Assembly (NCBI GenBank): GCA_041736305.1
Contig: JBGSTX010000200.1
Coordinates: 1 to 42,421 of the forward strand
DNA: 42,421 nt
Origin: Oligoflexus sp.
GTDB taxonomy: Bacteria; Bdellovibrionota_B; Oligoflexia; Oligoflexales; Oligoflexaceae
Direction of reading: 5' to 3'
Shown here: piece by piece, positions 9,649-18,845 of the stretch
Numbering within the stretch: position 1 is the stretch's first letter
Layout of the letters: each line of letters opens with the position of its first letter
Translations under genes and position numbers: made by a program
The notes under the pieces: generated by a model
What the model was told of the DNA's origin: nothing
Seen by the model: the letters and a program-made list of their open reading frames with translations, nothing else
The model's database searches: none

Positions 9649-10140
9649 TTAAAAATGCAGGTAGGTGAAGACTGAATAATCATCTTTCCGAGGAGTGAGA
9701 ACGAAGAGCCGATCATAGTCGTATTCTGTAAAGGTAATCTGGCGCGCAGCGCCGAGCTGGAGTAGAAGATCCGGTAGAGTATTAGAATGGTTAATAATTA
9801 GCGCTTTGCCGTCCGATTTATCGGCTTTGATTTGTTCAATAAGTTTTTTGCTCTCGTCAGCCTTGATCTTGATCAGCTTGAGACTGAGCTTGTTAGCGAG
9901 AGGCTCGGCGGTTTTGTTAGTTCTTGCCCACTCTGTTACGTAGATGGCCGTGATACCCGCGTCCTGCAGCATCCAGGCGAGGCGGTGAGCACGCATTTCT
10001 CCTGCTAGGGTTAGACCTGGATCAGGACTTTGGTCACCCCGCTCTGCATGACGCAAAAGAAAAATTTGTTGGTAAGCCACTGCGGGCAGAGCATAGCTTA
10101 AGAGAATTCCTAGCCCCATACTTTGCAATTGGAATCGCAT
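9649..10140 (-). CDS. Secreted histidine phosphatase (SixA/phosphoglycerate mutase-like)
   Basis: IFLLRHAE, GLT.AG..RA, RT..TA, HSNT motifs; signal peptide. Confidence 0.85.
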   Translation of the reverse strand: MRFQLQSMGLGILLSYALPAVAYQQIFLLRHAERGDQSPDPGLTLAGEMRAHRLAWMLQDAGITAIYVTEWARTNKTAEPLANKLSLKLIKIKADESKKLIEQIKADKSDGKALIINHSNTLPDLLLQLGAARQITFTEYDYDRLFVLTPRKDDYSVFTYLHF

Positions 10141-10317
10141 AATACTCCCTCTCTGTTGAAAGATCCACAATGCCTATACCGCACGAATTTCGCCCGCTTA
10201 ATCTTTGTGCAAGTTTTGCACTGCAAGAGCTCCTCGTTGCTATCAAATGTCTAGGGTATATTTGCTAACAGTGAAACTCAACACTATGGATAAACGGTTT
10301 AAATGGGAGGGTAGGAG

Positions 10318-11814
10318 ATGCAAAAACAATTCGTACGCTCGGGAGTCATTGCCAAACACGAGGTAATCGTAAGCGGAAGTGGTCCAAGTGGTATGATGTT
10401 AGCAGCCGAACTCGCCTTAGCTCGGGTTGATGTCGCGATAGTCGAGAAGCGAATAAATCAGGTCCTGCCGGGCTCACGTGCGGGAGGTCTCCATGCACGC
10501 ACTATTGAGATTTTCGACCAGCGGGGAATCGCCGAACGTTTCTTTGTAGAAGGAAAAATCGCTCAGGTCGCCGGATTTGCCATGATCCCGCTCGATATAA
10601 GTGATTTCCCGACTCGTCACAATTATGGCCTAGGCCTATGGCAGGACCGCATCGAACAGATACTTGCGAAGTGGATAAGTGAACTATCTGTACCTATTTA
10701 CTGGGGCCAAGAACTAAAAGATTTTAATCAGGACGACAGTGGCGTTGATATTGAACTCTCCAATGGTCAAGGCTTGCGTTCGCAGTTCTTGGTTGGGTGC
10801 GATGGAGGGCGCAGCTTTGTTCGAAAAAAGGCGGATATCGACTTCGTCGGTTGGGACCCATCGGTCAGCTATTTGATAGCAGAAGGCGAAATGTCTGAAG
10901 TACCCGAGTACGGCGTTCGTCGGGCTGAAAAAGGCGTAAATGCTATAGGCAAGATTGATGAGGGAAAACGGGTTCGCATGGTTTTGATCGAGGAGAAGGT
11001 CGAGGAAGGATCTGAACCGACTCTCGACGAGCTCAATAAGGCTTTGATAGCCGTCTATGGGAAGAATTTCGGCCTTCATAATGTCACCTGGAGCTCCAGA
11101 TTTACTGATGCATCGCGGCAGGCAGCAGCCTACCGAGATCGAAGGGTGCTCTTAGCCGGAGACTCGGCACATATTCACTCACCCACCGGCGGACAGGGAC
11201 TCAATCTCGGTGTTCACGATGCGATGAATTTAGGTTGGAAGCTGGCCCAAGTAGTCAAAGGAATATCCTCAGACTGCCTCCTCGATACCTACCATGCTGA
11301 GCGGCATCCAGTCGCAGCCCGCGCTTTACGCAACATCATGGCACAAACAGCTCTACTTCGGGGCGATGCCCGAAGCGAGGCTCTACGGGAGACCATGACT
11401 GAGCTTCTACGAATGGACGAAGCTCGGAAACGTTATGCTGGTCTAAGCTCAGGCTTAGATATCCATTATGATTTAGGCCCAGGACATCCGCTGCTTGGGC
11501 GCCGGATGCCTGACCTCGATCTAGTGAGTGCAGCAGGCCCCTTGCGGATGTTCTCGCTGCTTCATGATGCCCGTGCAGTGCTGCTGAATTTGGGTGAACC
11601 TGCCGCAATAGCGATTGGCTCTTGGGCAGATCGGGTTAAGTTAGTCGATGCTACTTACCAGGGTAGGTGGGAACTACCTGTGCTTGGCGAGGTTTCGGCT
11701 CCTACAGCTATTTTAATCCGCCCCGATGGATACGTTGCTTGGGTTGGAAAAGGGAAGGACGATGGCCTTCGCGATGCATTAAATTTATGGTTTGGGTTGC
11801 GTAATAGAGTTTAA
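10318..11814 (+). CDS. FAD-dependent aromatic monooxygenase (PheA/TfdB family, related to rifampicin monooxygenases)
   Basis: GSGPSG, LVGCDGGRS, RVLLAGDSAHIHSPTGGQGLNLGVHDAMNLGWKLA, LIRPDGYVAW. Confidence 0.9.
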   Translation: MQKQFVRSGVIAKHEVIVSGSGPSGMMLAAELALARVDVAIVEKRINQVLPGSRAGGLHARTIEIFDQRGIAERFFVEGKIAQVAGFAMIPLDISDFPTRHNYGLGLWQDRIEQILAKWISELSVPIYWGQELKDFNQDDSGVDIELSNGQGLRSQFLVGCDGGRSFVRKKADIDFVGWDPSVSYLIAEGEMSEVPEYGVRRAEKGVNAIGKIDEGKRVRMVLIEEKVEEGSEPTLDELNKALIAVYGKNFGLHNVTWSSRFTDASRQAAAYRDRRVLLAGDSAHIHSPTGGQGLNLGVHDAMNLGWKLAQVVKGISSDCLLDTYHAERHPVAARALRNIMAQTALLRGDARSEALRETMTELLRMDEARKRYAGLSSGLDIHYDLGPGHPLLGRRMPDLDLVSAAGPLRMFSLLHDARAVLLNLGEPAAIAIGSWADRVKLVDATYQGRWELPVLGEVSAPTAILIRPDGYVAWVGKGKDDGLRDALNLWFGLRNRV

Positions 11815-12296
11815 TTTACAATTCACTATTAGATGCTCAAGGCTCCTGGAACCTATTACAAGATGATGACTAGTTTGCGTCACTTTCATTCACTGGACAC
11901 AGATCTGAGTAAAGCCTAAGCTTGCCGACCTTGGCAGGCACCTAGAGAATTCAATAGCGGGGCCTCACATTATGGGAGGCAGTTAACATTCCCTCTGAAT
12001 CTTTCCCATATGTCAGTTCCAAGATGTAATCGTAACAACTTCCGCTGAAACTAAATTCTGCTACATGTCGTAATCTGGACTGTTGCTCGAGGAGAGCTGC
12101 TTAAACTCATAGGCGAGAACGGCCCCAAGCATCATCAGCATGAGATTGTCGAATTGACATGCAAAATAGGCAGACATTCAGTTTGCTCAAACCGGTCTTT
12201 TATCCGGATAATAATTTTTATGATTGCAAAGGATAGATTCAAAATTCAGATGCAGGGCATTTTTGAATGCTACTTTAAAGTATAAAGGGTTAAGAG

Positions 12297-13340
12297 ATGC
12301 CGGAAGATGACATAGTCATATATATGGATGAATCTGGAAATTCAGGATCAAATATCTTAGATCATGATCAGCCCGTTTTTTGCATTGCAGCATTTGTATT
12401 TCGAAAGCAATCAATGAAATTGGTTGAGATTTTGATTAAAAAAGCCGGAGACCTGGCAAGAAGCGGAAGATACACATCTGCAGAAGTAAAATTTTCACTT
12501 TTTACTAGTCCTCGGCATTTCAAAATTTTTGAAAATCTAATGGAACAGATCAAAAAAAATTGTATCTCATTGTGCTACAGCGTTATTTATAAAGATTTTT
12601 TCAGCGGGATGATGATGGTTGAATACTTAATCGATTCAGCATATAACCCTCACGTCCCAAATCATGTGTTCCAAATACCACACATTAAGCAAAATATGGC
12701 CAATCAATTTTGCAAGTATATTCCAGCGACAATTCGGCAAAATTTTATAAACGCATTGAAGAGCTGCGACGAAAATTCCTTGCTGTCAGCAAAGGAAGAA
12801 ATTGATCGCCATATCGATGACTATGGTCTGAAACAAGATCAATTTTCGTGGGTACTTCGTTTAGATAGAAAAGACTACTTAGAATGCACATTTGTTGATT
12901 TATCGCATTTCCCAGATCACTGCAGCCCAAATTTCCACGCATTTTCTATGCAGATTGGCTGCCTTTCGAGACTATTTATGCAAAAAAAACTTGGTGGTGG
13001 AAAGCTTTTCTTCGATGAGCAGCGAGAGTATCAGAAATCTTTTGCCCTCCTCACTAAATCCTACAATTCATCGGAAGAAAAATATATCCCACATCCATAT
13101 GATTCTGATCGCGGATTTACAATTGGACCTTTTTTTAACGGTGAGATTGAATTTTTAAATTCTAGTTCGACTAGTGGAATTCAAAGTGCAGATTTAGCCG
13201 CGGCCTCTTGTAATTGGCTATTAAAGAAAAGGCTTATTCACGGAGAGGTGCCGATGCATACCAAGACTTATGAAAAGAAACTAACATCTGAACTTCTGCA
13301 CGGCATTGTAAATCAAACATCATATCTCGCACAAAATTAG
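12297..13340 (+). CDS. DUF3800 domain protein (RNase H-like fold)
   Basis: N-terminal IYMDESGNSG...QPVF, EVKF, FDEQ and C-terminal S...GIQSADLAA; visibly AT-richer than the flanks. Confidence 0.8.
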   Translation: MPEDDIVIYMDESGNSGSNILDHDQPVFCIAAFVFRKQSMKLVEILIKKAGDLARSGRYTSAEVKFSLFTSPRHFKIFENLMEQIKKNCISLCYSVIYKDFFSGMMMVEYLIDSAYNPHVPNHVFQIPHIKQNMANQFCKYIPATIRQNFINALKSCDENSLLSAKEEIDRHIDDYGLKQDQFSWVLRLDRKDYLECTFVDLSHFPDHCSPNFHAFSMQIGCLSRLFMQKKLGGGKLFFDEQREYQKSFALLTKSYNSSEEKYIPHPYDSDRGFTIGPFFNGEIEFLNSSSTSGIQSADLAAASCNWLLKKRLIHGEVPMHTKTYEKKLTSELLHGIVNQTSYLAQN

Positions 13341-13446
13341 CATTTTTCGTTATATTTTTAGAATTGCAAAAGTCTTTTCTAGTGCCTATGTTGGACGTCC
13401 AATTTAAAATCAGCACTGAATTTTTCGGCAACAAAAGAGTAGGTAT

Positions 13447-13810
13447 GGGAGTGTAATTAGTTTTCTGTAAACAGCTCTTTAGCGGATAAGCTCAAAGCCT
13501 GTCCGAGCAAGGAGCTGGAAGTGGATAAGGAAATACCCTCTCAAGACTCGAACGGAAAGTCGATGTGCTCCGCGTATGCCTGGCCGAAAATGAAGGCACT
13601 CGCTTCTTGCTAAGCTCCGTGAACGAGCTTAAACACGCGGCGTGAAGGGTACTGTCATCGCTAGCGTCGATGGCTTAAAAGGGTGGCTTTCGAAGTAAAC
13701 AATGTTGGTCCCAGATCCTGGGGCAGTTGAAGATCATTTTCGAGGACCGAATTCTTCAACACGTTACCTGACGCTTCGTGGCTAGTTTACGCAAAAAATC
13801 TTATATTCTC
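13447..13810 (+). mobile_element. Internally deleted IS256-family element (non-autonomous relic)
   Basis: Ends GGGAGTGTAATTAGTTTTCTGTAA and TTACGCAAAAAATCTTATATTCTC form an imperfect IR (15/24). The interior translates with frameshifts to DVLRVCLAENEGTRFLLSSVNELK-RGVKGTVIASVDGLKG and QLKIIFEDRI, typical IS256 transposase segments. Confidence 0.8.
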
Positions 13811-13912
13811 CTCGCTCCGCAGCGCCTTTAGTGCCTTCCTAGGACATACTTCCTACCTCACCGTAGGCTGAACGAAAAAATACCAGCATCAAATAAAGCT
13901 CTCGCTATAGCA

Positions 13913-13955
13913 GGTGACAACGGTGACAAGGTTGTAGCTGTCACCGCTGTCACCG
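13913..13955. repeat. Four iteron-like GGTGACA/TGTCACC units (two direct, two inverted), putative replication origin
   Basis: GGTGACAACGGTGACAAGGTTGTAGCTGTCACCGCTGTCACCG. Confidence 0.65.
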
Positions 13956-13957
13956 TA

Positions 13958-14332
13958 CTATACAAGCTCAAAAATCCCGTCTAAGATCTTCACTACAGCT
14001 TTTTTCTGATCTCCATCAAGGAGCAATATCTTTTCTCTGAGCAGTTCTAATTTGCCATTAATAGACTTTTTGTCGGCAGCGCGACTCACCAACGTACGCC
14101 CAAAAGCTTCAGCAATCACATCAGCTAACTTCACATCCAAGTTGTCACAGACTTCATAAAGCAAGCCGATGTGCGTATCCTTAACGACAGAAGACTCAAG
14201 TCGAGCGATCGTAGACTGTGGTTTACCAAGCTTCTCGCCAAGCTCACCTTGCGTAAGGTCCCGCTCCTTACGAAGACGTCTGACTATCAAACCAAGATTC
14301 TTCATGAACTCTTCAAAATCTCCCTCTGCCAT
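13958..14332 (-). CDS. XRE-family HTH transcriptional regulator
   Basis: VRRLRKERDLTQGELGEKLGKPQSTIARLES; divergent from the Prim-Pol gene. Confidence 0.9.
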   Translation of the reverse strand: MAEGDFEEFMKNLGLIVRRLRKERDLTQGELGEKLGKPQSTIARLESSVVKDTHIGLLYEVCDNLDVKLADVIAEAFGRTLVSRAADKKSINGKLELLREKILLLDGDQKKAVVKILDGIFELV

Positions 14333-14382
14333 TTCAGACCCCCATCACGCTGAAAAGTCATTTATAGCATAGGCGGATTTTG

Positions 14383-14443
14383 TTGACACTCTTAAGGCAC
14401 GGACGCTATATAGCGTCTGTGCCTATAAAACGTATTTTTATAG
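14383..14443. promoter_or_regulatory. Divergent promoter region with operator-like palindromes
   Basis: TTGACA at 14383; 30-bp palindrome AGGCACGGACGCTATATAGCGTCTGTGCCT (14395-14424, one mismatch); CTATAAAA-5nt-TTTTATAG (14423-14443). Confidence 0.6.
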
Positions 14444-14476
14444 CAACAATGCATAAATCTGACACTGGGGCTTAAT

Positions 14477-16828
14477 GTGGATCACTTATCTAGCCAAAAA
14501 AATAGTGACAAGTCGCGCATCTTGGAAGCTCTTCGCTACCTCAGCCTAGGTTGGCCCGTTCTTCCCCTTCATCATCCATTAAGCAATGGATCATGCAGCT
14601 GCGCCAAGCCCGACTGTTCGAGTAAAGCCAAACATCCTCGTACAAAGAATGGAGTTCGCGACGCCTCACTAGACCCGTTGACTGTTTGTCAGTGGTGGAC
14701 TCAATGGCCCGAGGCCAACATTGGATTGGCAACTGGGTCCATCTCTCAACTTGTTGTGATCGATATCGATCCACGACATGGAGGCGACCAATCCTGGCAA
14801 AAGTGGACTATGCAAAACAATATCCCAAGGACCCTGACTACCCGAACTGGAGGGGGTGGGCTTCACCTCTTATTCAAAGCGGCCGGAAAGAAGATCCCAA
14901 ATAGGACTGGAGTCTTGTCAGGCATCGATATTCGCGGCGAAGGAGGGTATATCGTTGCTCCTCCCAGCCAGCATGCATCCGGTAAGTCCTATGAATGGGT
15001 CGGAACAGTCGATCCCTTAGTGATTCTTGATCTCCCTAGGGCCGTTGAAGACCTCATTTTACAAGAGGCCAAAGTCCTTCCCATAAAGGGGAATCATATT
15101 CCGAGTGGCTCGCGCAATAGCATCCTCGCTTCACTAGCAGGTACGTTGCGCCGCCAAGGACTTGAAGAGCAGGGGATAAGAGAAGCTCTTCATGCTATCA
15201 ATCAGACTCTCTGCCTTCCTCCGTTAACTAGAGCTGAAGTCGCCACAATTGCCAAAAGCATCGGCCGCTATGAAATACCTGACAGCCAGAGCACTATTGA
15301 GTGGGTTAAGCCCACCGATCTTCCTTCCCCTCAGTATGCTGTCCCCGAGATGACAGAAGACTATCTGCCACAAGCGCTTCGCCCTTGGATTAAAGATATT
15401 GCCGATCGTATGCAGGTCCCCTTGGAGCTTATTGCTGCGCCTCTTATCGTCTCTGTTTCCTCTGTAATTGGTAGGCAGATAGGCATTTATCCAAAGCAAA
15501 AGGATGACTGGCTGGTTGTCCCGAACCTTTGGGGGGCTGTTATCGCCAGACCTGGTTTCTTTAAGTCTCCTGCTATTGCAGAAGCCATGAAGCCAATTGA
15601 ATTTTTAGTGCGTAAATCTCGTCAGCAGTTTGAAAGTGAACAAATCATGGCTCGAGTCAAAGAGGAAGCACTGAAAGCAAAGCTTGAAGGGCTTAAAGAA
15701 CTTGTCAAGAAATCCACTCGTAAAGAGAACGCACATGATATCAGTGAGTTGAAAAATGATCTGCAATCTAGCCTTAATTGCCTAGATGAAAACTCAATCT
15801 TCGAAAGGCGCTACAAAACCAACGATGCAACAGTTGAAAAGATGGCTTGCCTTCTTAAAGAGAACCCTCATGGGATTTTCCTGCTGAGAGACGAATTATA
15901 TGGCTGGCTTCAAACTATGAATAAGTCGGGACGGGAAGGCGATCGCGAGTTTTATCTCGAAGCATGGAATGGCTATGGTTCGTTTACAGTCGACCGAATC
16001 ATGAGGGGGACGATCCACGTACCGGCCTTATGCCTCTCAGTCTTTGGGGGCCTTCAACCTGGTAAACTAGAGGCATATGTTAGCCAGATGATAAGCGGCG
16101 GGAAAGGAGATGATGGATTTCTCCAGCGTCTCCAGGTCCTCGTTTATCCTGAGATGCCTAAAAAGTGGAAGAATATAGATCGTAAGCCCAACAACGAAGC
16201 CTATAAACATGTCGAGGAACTGATAGAAAAGCTGGCTCGTATTAGTCCTCATGAGCTGGGATGCGAAAGCATTCATGCGATACCTGGCCTCCGCTTTGAT
16301 GAGCCTGCTCAGGATCTTTTTAATAAGTGGCGTGAAGATCTGGAGAGGCGTCTTCGATCAGACGAAGCTGGATCTCCTGCCTTTGAGTCCCACCTAGCAA
16401 AATACCGCTCCCTGCTGCCCTCACTAGCACTTATTTTTCATCTTATTTCTGTGGGGGCGATAATCCCGACCTTAGGCCACCAAGGAGTTAAAAAAGTTGG
16501 GATTGATAGTCTTAAACTGGCAATCAATTGGGTAAGTCTACTAGAGGCCCATGCACGAAAAGTATACGCACCAGCACTTCATCCAGAAATCCAGGCTGCA
16601 CAAGCCCTTCTCTCTAAAATTAAAAAGGGGTTTGTAAGAGATCGTGATCGCCTGCGGTCTATTTATCGGCGCAATTGGGCACTACTAGATGGAGCAGAAA
16701 AGGTTGAATCTGCGATTTCAGTTCTAGAGGAGAAAGGCTGGGTCAAAGTAGAAACTCTCAAAGTCGCAACGAGCAGCACAGAAAGGATCCGCCTGCATCC
16801 CGACCTAATCAACGAGCTGGATATATAA
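14477..16828 (+). CDS. Bifunctional primase/polymerase (Prim-Pol) + PriCT + DUF3987 replication protein
   Basis: GWPVLPLH, CSC...C..KAKHP, ANIGLATG, VIDIDPRHGG, RTGGGGLHLLF, IDIRGEGGYIVAPPSQHASG; GSRNS.L.SLAG (PriCT); PNLWG.VIARPG..KSP, RDEL.GW, DGFLQR (DUF3987). Confidence 0.9.
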   Translation: MDHLSSQKNSDKSRILEALRYLSLGWPVLPLHHPLSNGSCSCAKPDCSSKAKHPRTKNGVRDASLDPLTVCQWWTQWPEANIGLATGSISQLVVIDIDPRHGGDQSWQKWTMQNNIPRTLTTRTGGGGLHLLFKAAGKKIPNRTGVLSGIDIRGEGGYIVAPPSQHASGKSYEWVGTVDPLVILDLPRAVEDLILQEAKVLPIKGNHIPSGSRNSILASLAGTLRRQGLEEQGIREALHAINQTLCLPPLTRAEVATIAKSIGRYEIPDSQSTIEWVKPTDLPSPQYAVPEMTEDYLPQALRPWIKDIADRMQVPLELIAAPLIVSVSSVIGRQIGIYPKQKDDWLVVPNLWGAVIARPGFFKSPAIAEAMKPIEFLVRKSRQQFESEQIMARVKEEALKAKLEGLKELVKKSTRKENAHDISELKNDLQSSLNCLDENSIFERRYKTNDATVEKMACLLKENPHGIFLLRDELYGWLQTMNKSGREGDREFYLEAWNGYGSFTVDRIMRGTIHVPALCLSVFGGLQPGKLEAYVSQMISGGKGDDGFLQRLQVLVYPEMPKKWKNIDRKPNNEAYKHVEELIEKLARISPHELGCESIHAIPGLRFDEPAQDLFNKWREDLERRLRSDEAGSPAFESHLAKYRSLLPSLALIFHLISVGAIIPTLGHQGVKKVGIDSLKLAINWVSLLEAHARKVYAPALHPEIQAAQALLSKIKKGFVRDRDRLRSIYRRNWALLDGAEKVESAISVLEEKGWVKVETLKVATSSTERIRLHPDLINELDI

Positions 16829-16909
16829 GCTTGTCCTGAACTTCGGTGAAGAGATGTCTTCTGTGCCCTCAGGACACATGCCAGAAACTCTGCTGAACCA
16901 AACTCCCAA

Positions 16910-16997
16910 ACGCAAAAAAGCCCAGGCTCGAAAAATCGAAGAACCGGGCTTTTTGCAATGGTGGGGATGAGATGACTCGAACATCCGACCTCACGCT
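16910..16997 (-). repeat. Copy of the tRNA-Ile 3' half plus downstream terminator (att-like direct repeat of 22528-22615)
   Basis: 88 bp with one mismatch to 22528-22615; the 39 bp at 16959-16997 equal the tRNA 3' end including CCA. Confidence 0.95.
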
Positions 16998-17592
16998 CGT
17001 TGATGTAGATCCAAGACATGGAGGCGATGCTTCATGGAAAACTTTCTCGCTTGATCAAGGTCTACCCACCTCACTGACAGCACTGAAAGGTGGCGGGGTT
17101 TTCACCTATTCTATAGGGCTCCCTGTCGGCCTATTCCAAATAAAGTTAGTATTCTGCCTGGAGTTGATATCCGCAGCGAAGGTGGATATATCGTCGCCCA
17201 TCTCAATCACCATGCATCAGGCAAATTTTACAAATGGAAGGACAGCTTGGTCTTGGATGAAATTCAAGATCTCCCCAGAGCTCTCGAGCAGCTCATTCTT
17301 CAGCCCGCGCCCAAAGTCATACCCCTCCGAATTCCAAGTGCCTCTCGCAACAACACACTAACGTCTCTAGCAGGTCTCTTACGAAGACAAGGTCTTGAAG
17401 AAGGTGGAATTGGAGAAGCACTTGAAGCCCTCAATAAGACTCTTTGCTATCCTCCTCTTGAATCGCAAGAAGTCATGACCATAGCCAAAAGTATATGCTA
17501 AATATCAGAGCTCCGAGCCAATAGTAGAGGCTGAATGGCCGCAAATGAAGGATTTACCGACCATAAAGGTAGAATTGCCAACCCTCAAGAGG
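16998..17592 (+). pseudogene. Truncated, frameshifted paralogue of the Prim-Pol/PriCT gene
   Basis: Across several frames: VDVDPRHGGDASW, GVDIRSEGGYIVAP, HASGKFYKW, SRNNTLTSLAGLLRRQGLEE, TIAKSI, all collinear with 14477-16828. Confidence 0.9.
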
Positions 17593-17823
17593 TACATCCA
17601 CAGAACAGACGGCCGCTTGACTGAAATCGCCACAAAGCTTGGGGTTGATTAGCTTCGAAGCTCAGATGATACAGCTTGTTATCCGCCCTTGAGAGCGTCT
17701 TTATGGCTAAATTCATGCTAGGCAAGGGTTTCACAGAAAAAATTTACTTGTACGCTGTCACACCTCCGCGCTATATGACGCAGTCCTTACAAAATGCGCT
17801 CCCATTAGCCTGAGGTGTCCCTC

Positions 17824-18813
17824 ATGAAGCTTATGATTCGATTGCTTTTGCTCGCACTGTCTCTCACGCCCGAGATCAGCCTTAGCCTCGAGCTGCAAAC
17901 GAAGAGGCACCCTATATGCGGTGTTGAAGCTTACCAGACTCGGCGTGACCCAGTTTGCGGTATAGAGCTCTACGTTTCTAAAGAAAGTTCTTTTTGCTCT
18001 CCATCTAAATTCAATAGCAGAGCTGATGCCGCTCGCTGCGGGACAACCTGTAAGTGGGTAACCCCTACTGGGAGGAACGGCGAACTCATCACCGGCCCGG
18101 GTGGGCGTCCACAGCGAACTTGTGTGGGTCAGGTCCCAAAAACTTGTGAGCACCCTGATTTTGGTGCTGTAGCCTATCAAACCTGTCGCCACCCTCAGCA
18201 CGGAGTTGAGCTTTACAGCGAGTGCCAGAGTCCACAGTTTGGAGCAGCACAGTATAACTTGTGCAGTTTCTACAAAACCCCTGAGCAAGTAGAGGCCTTT
18301 ATCTCAGAGACTAAGCTAAGCCTCGATACCTACGCGTCCATACTACCAGTTAGACAGGGTGAGTTGTTTTCCCGGCTTAGAAATGAAAAAGCCCTCGCTT
18401 GCCTCATCGACAAGTACAGCGTCGACCCACTTTATGAACAGGTGACAATTGATTTACGGGAGAAGTTCTTCTTAATCTTTGGCTACGAGCGATCAGACGC
18501 TCAAGTGTCATGCCGGAATGTGAACGTTAACGATGTTGAAGTCAAAGTTACATTAGGTCGTCTCGACTGCAAGTCTTTTAACAGATCAAGCTTGGCTGCT
18601 CTTGAGATGCCGCCAGGAATTGCTGAAGGACCTTTTAAGCGATTCAAACAGAACTGCAGCCTAAAAATTTCCCACGATACTCTACTAAATTGGTTCACGA
18701 CCAAAGCAGACGAAATCGATCTCCTGCTGGAAGACCTTGCAGCAAGGCAAGATTCTAAGGCCAGGAACAGCCTTCTCAAGCTCAAAGAAGAAATATCCTC
18801 GTCAGCACAATAA
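17824..18813 (+). CDS. Secreted Cys-rich protein with 13-aa xxHPxxGVExYxx repeats
   Basis: GAGGTG RBS, signal peptide, repeats HPICGVEAY / DPVCGIELY / HPDFGAVAY / HPQHGVELY / SPQFGAAQY. Confidence 0.75.
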   Translation: MKLMIRLLLLALSLTPEISLSLELQTKRHPICGVEAYQTRRDPVCGIELYVSKESSFCSPSKFNSRADAARCGTTCKWVTPTGRNGELITGPGGRPQRTCVGQVPKTCEHPDFGAVAYQTCRHPQHGVELYSECQSPQFGAAQYNLCSFYKTPEQVEAFISETKLSLDTYASILPVRQGELFSRLRNEKALACLIDKYSVDPLYEQVTIDLREKFFLIFGYERSDAQVSCRNVNVNDVEVKVTLGRLDCKSFNRSSLAALEMPPGIAEGPFKRFKQNCSLKISHDTLLNWFTTKADEIDLLLEDLAARQDSKARNSLLKLKEEISSSAQ

Positions 18814-18845
18814 GCCTCGCAATGCTCTACCTATAGGATTAGTAC

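Noticed and set aside
16959-16997. Second tRNA gene
   Set aside because: Only the 3' 39 nt are present; the D arm and anticodon are missing, so it is an att-type fragment
16972-17501. ORFs 16972-17361 and 17247-17501 as real genes
   Set aside because: They are pieces of the frameshifted Prim-Pol pseudogene; the first starts inside the antisense tRNA fragment
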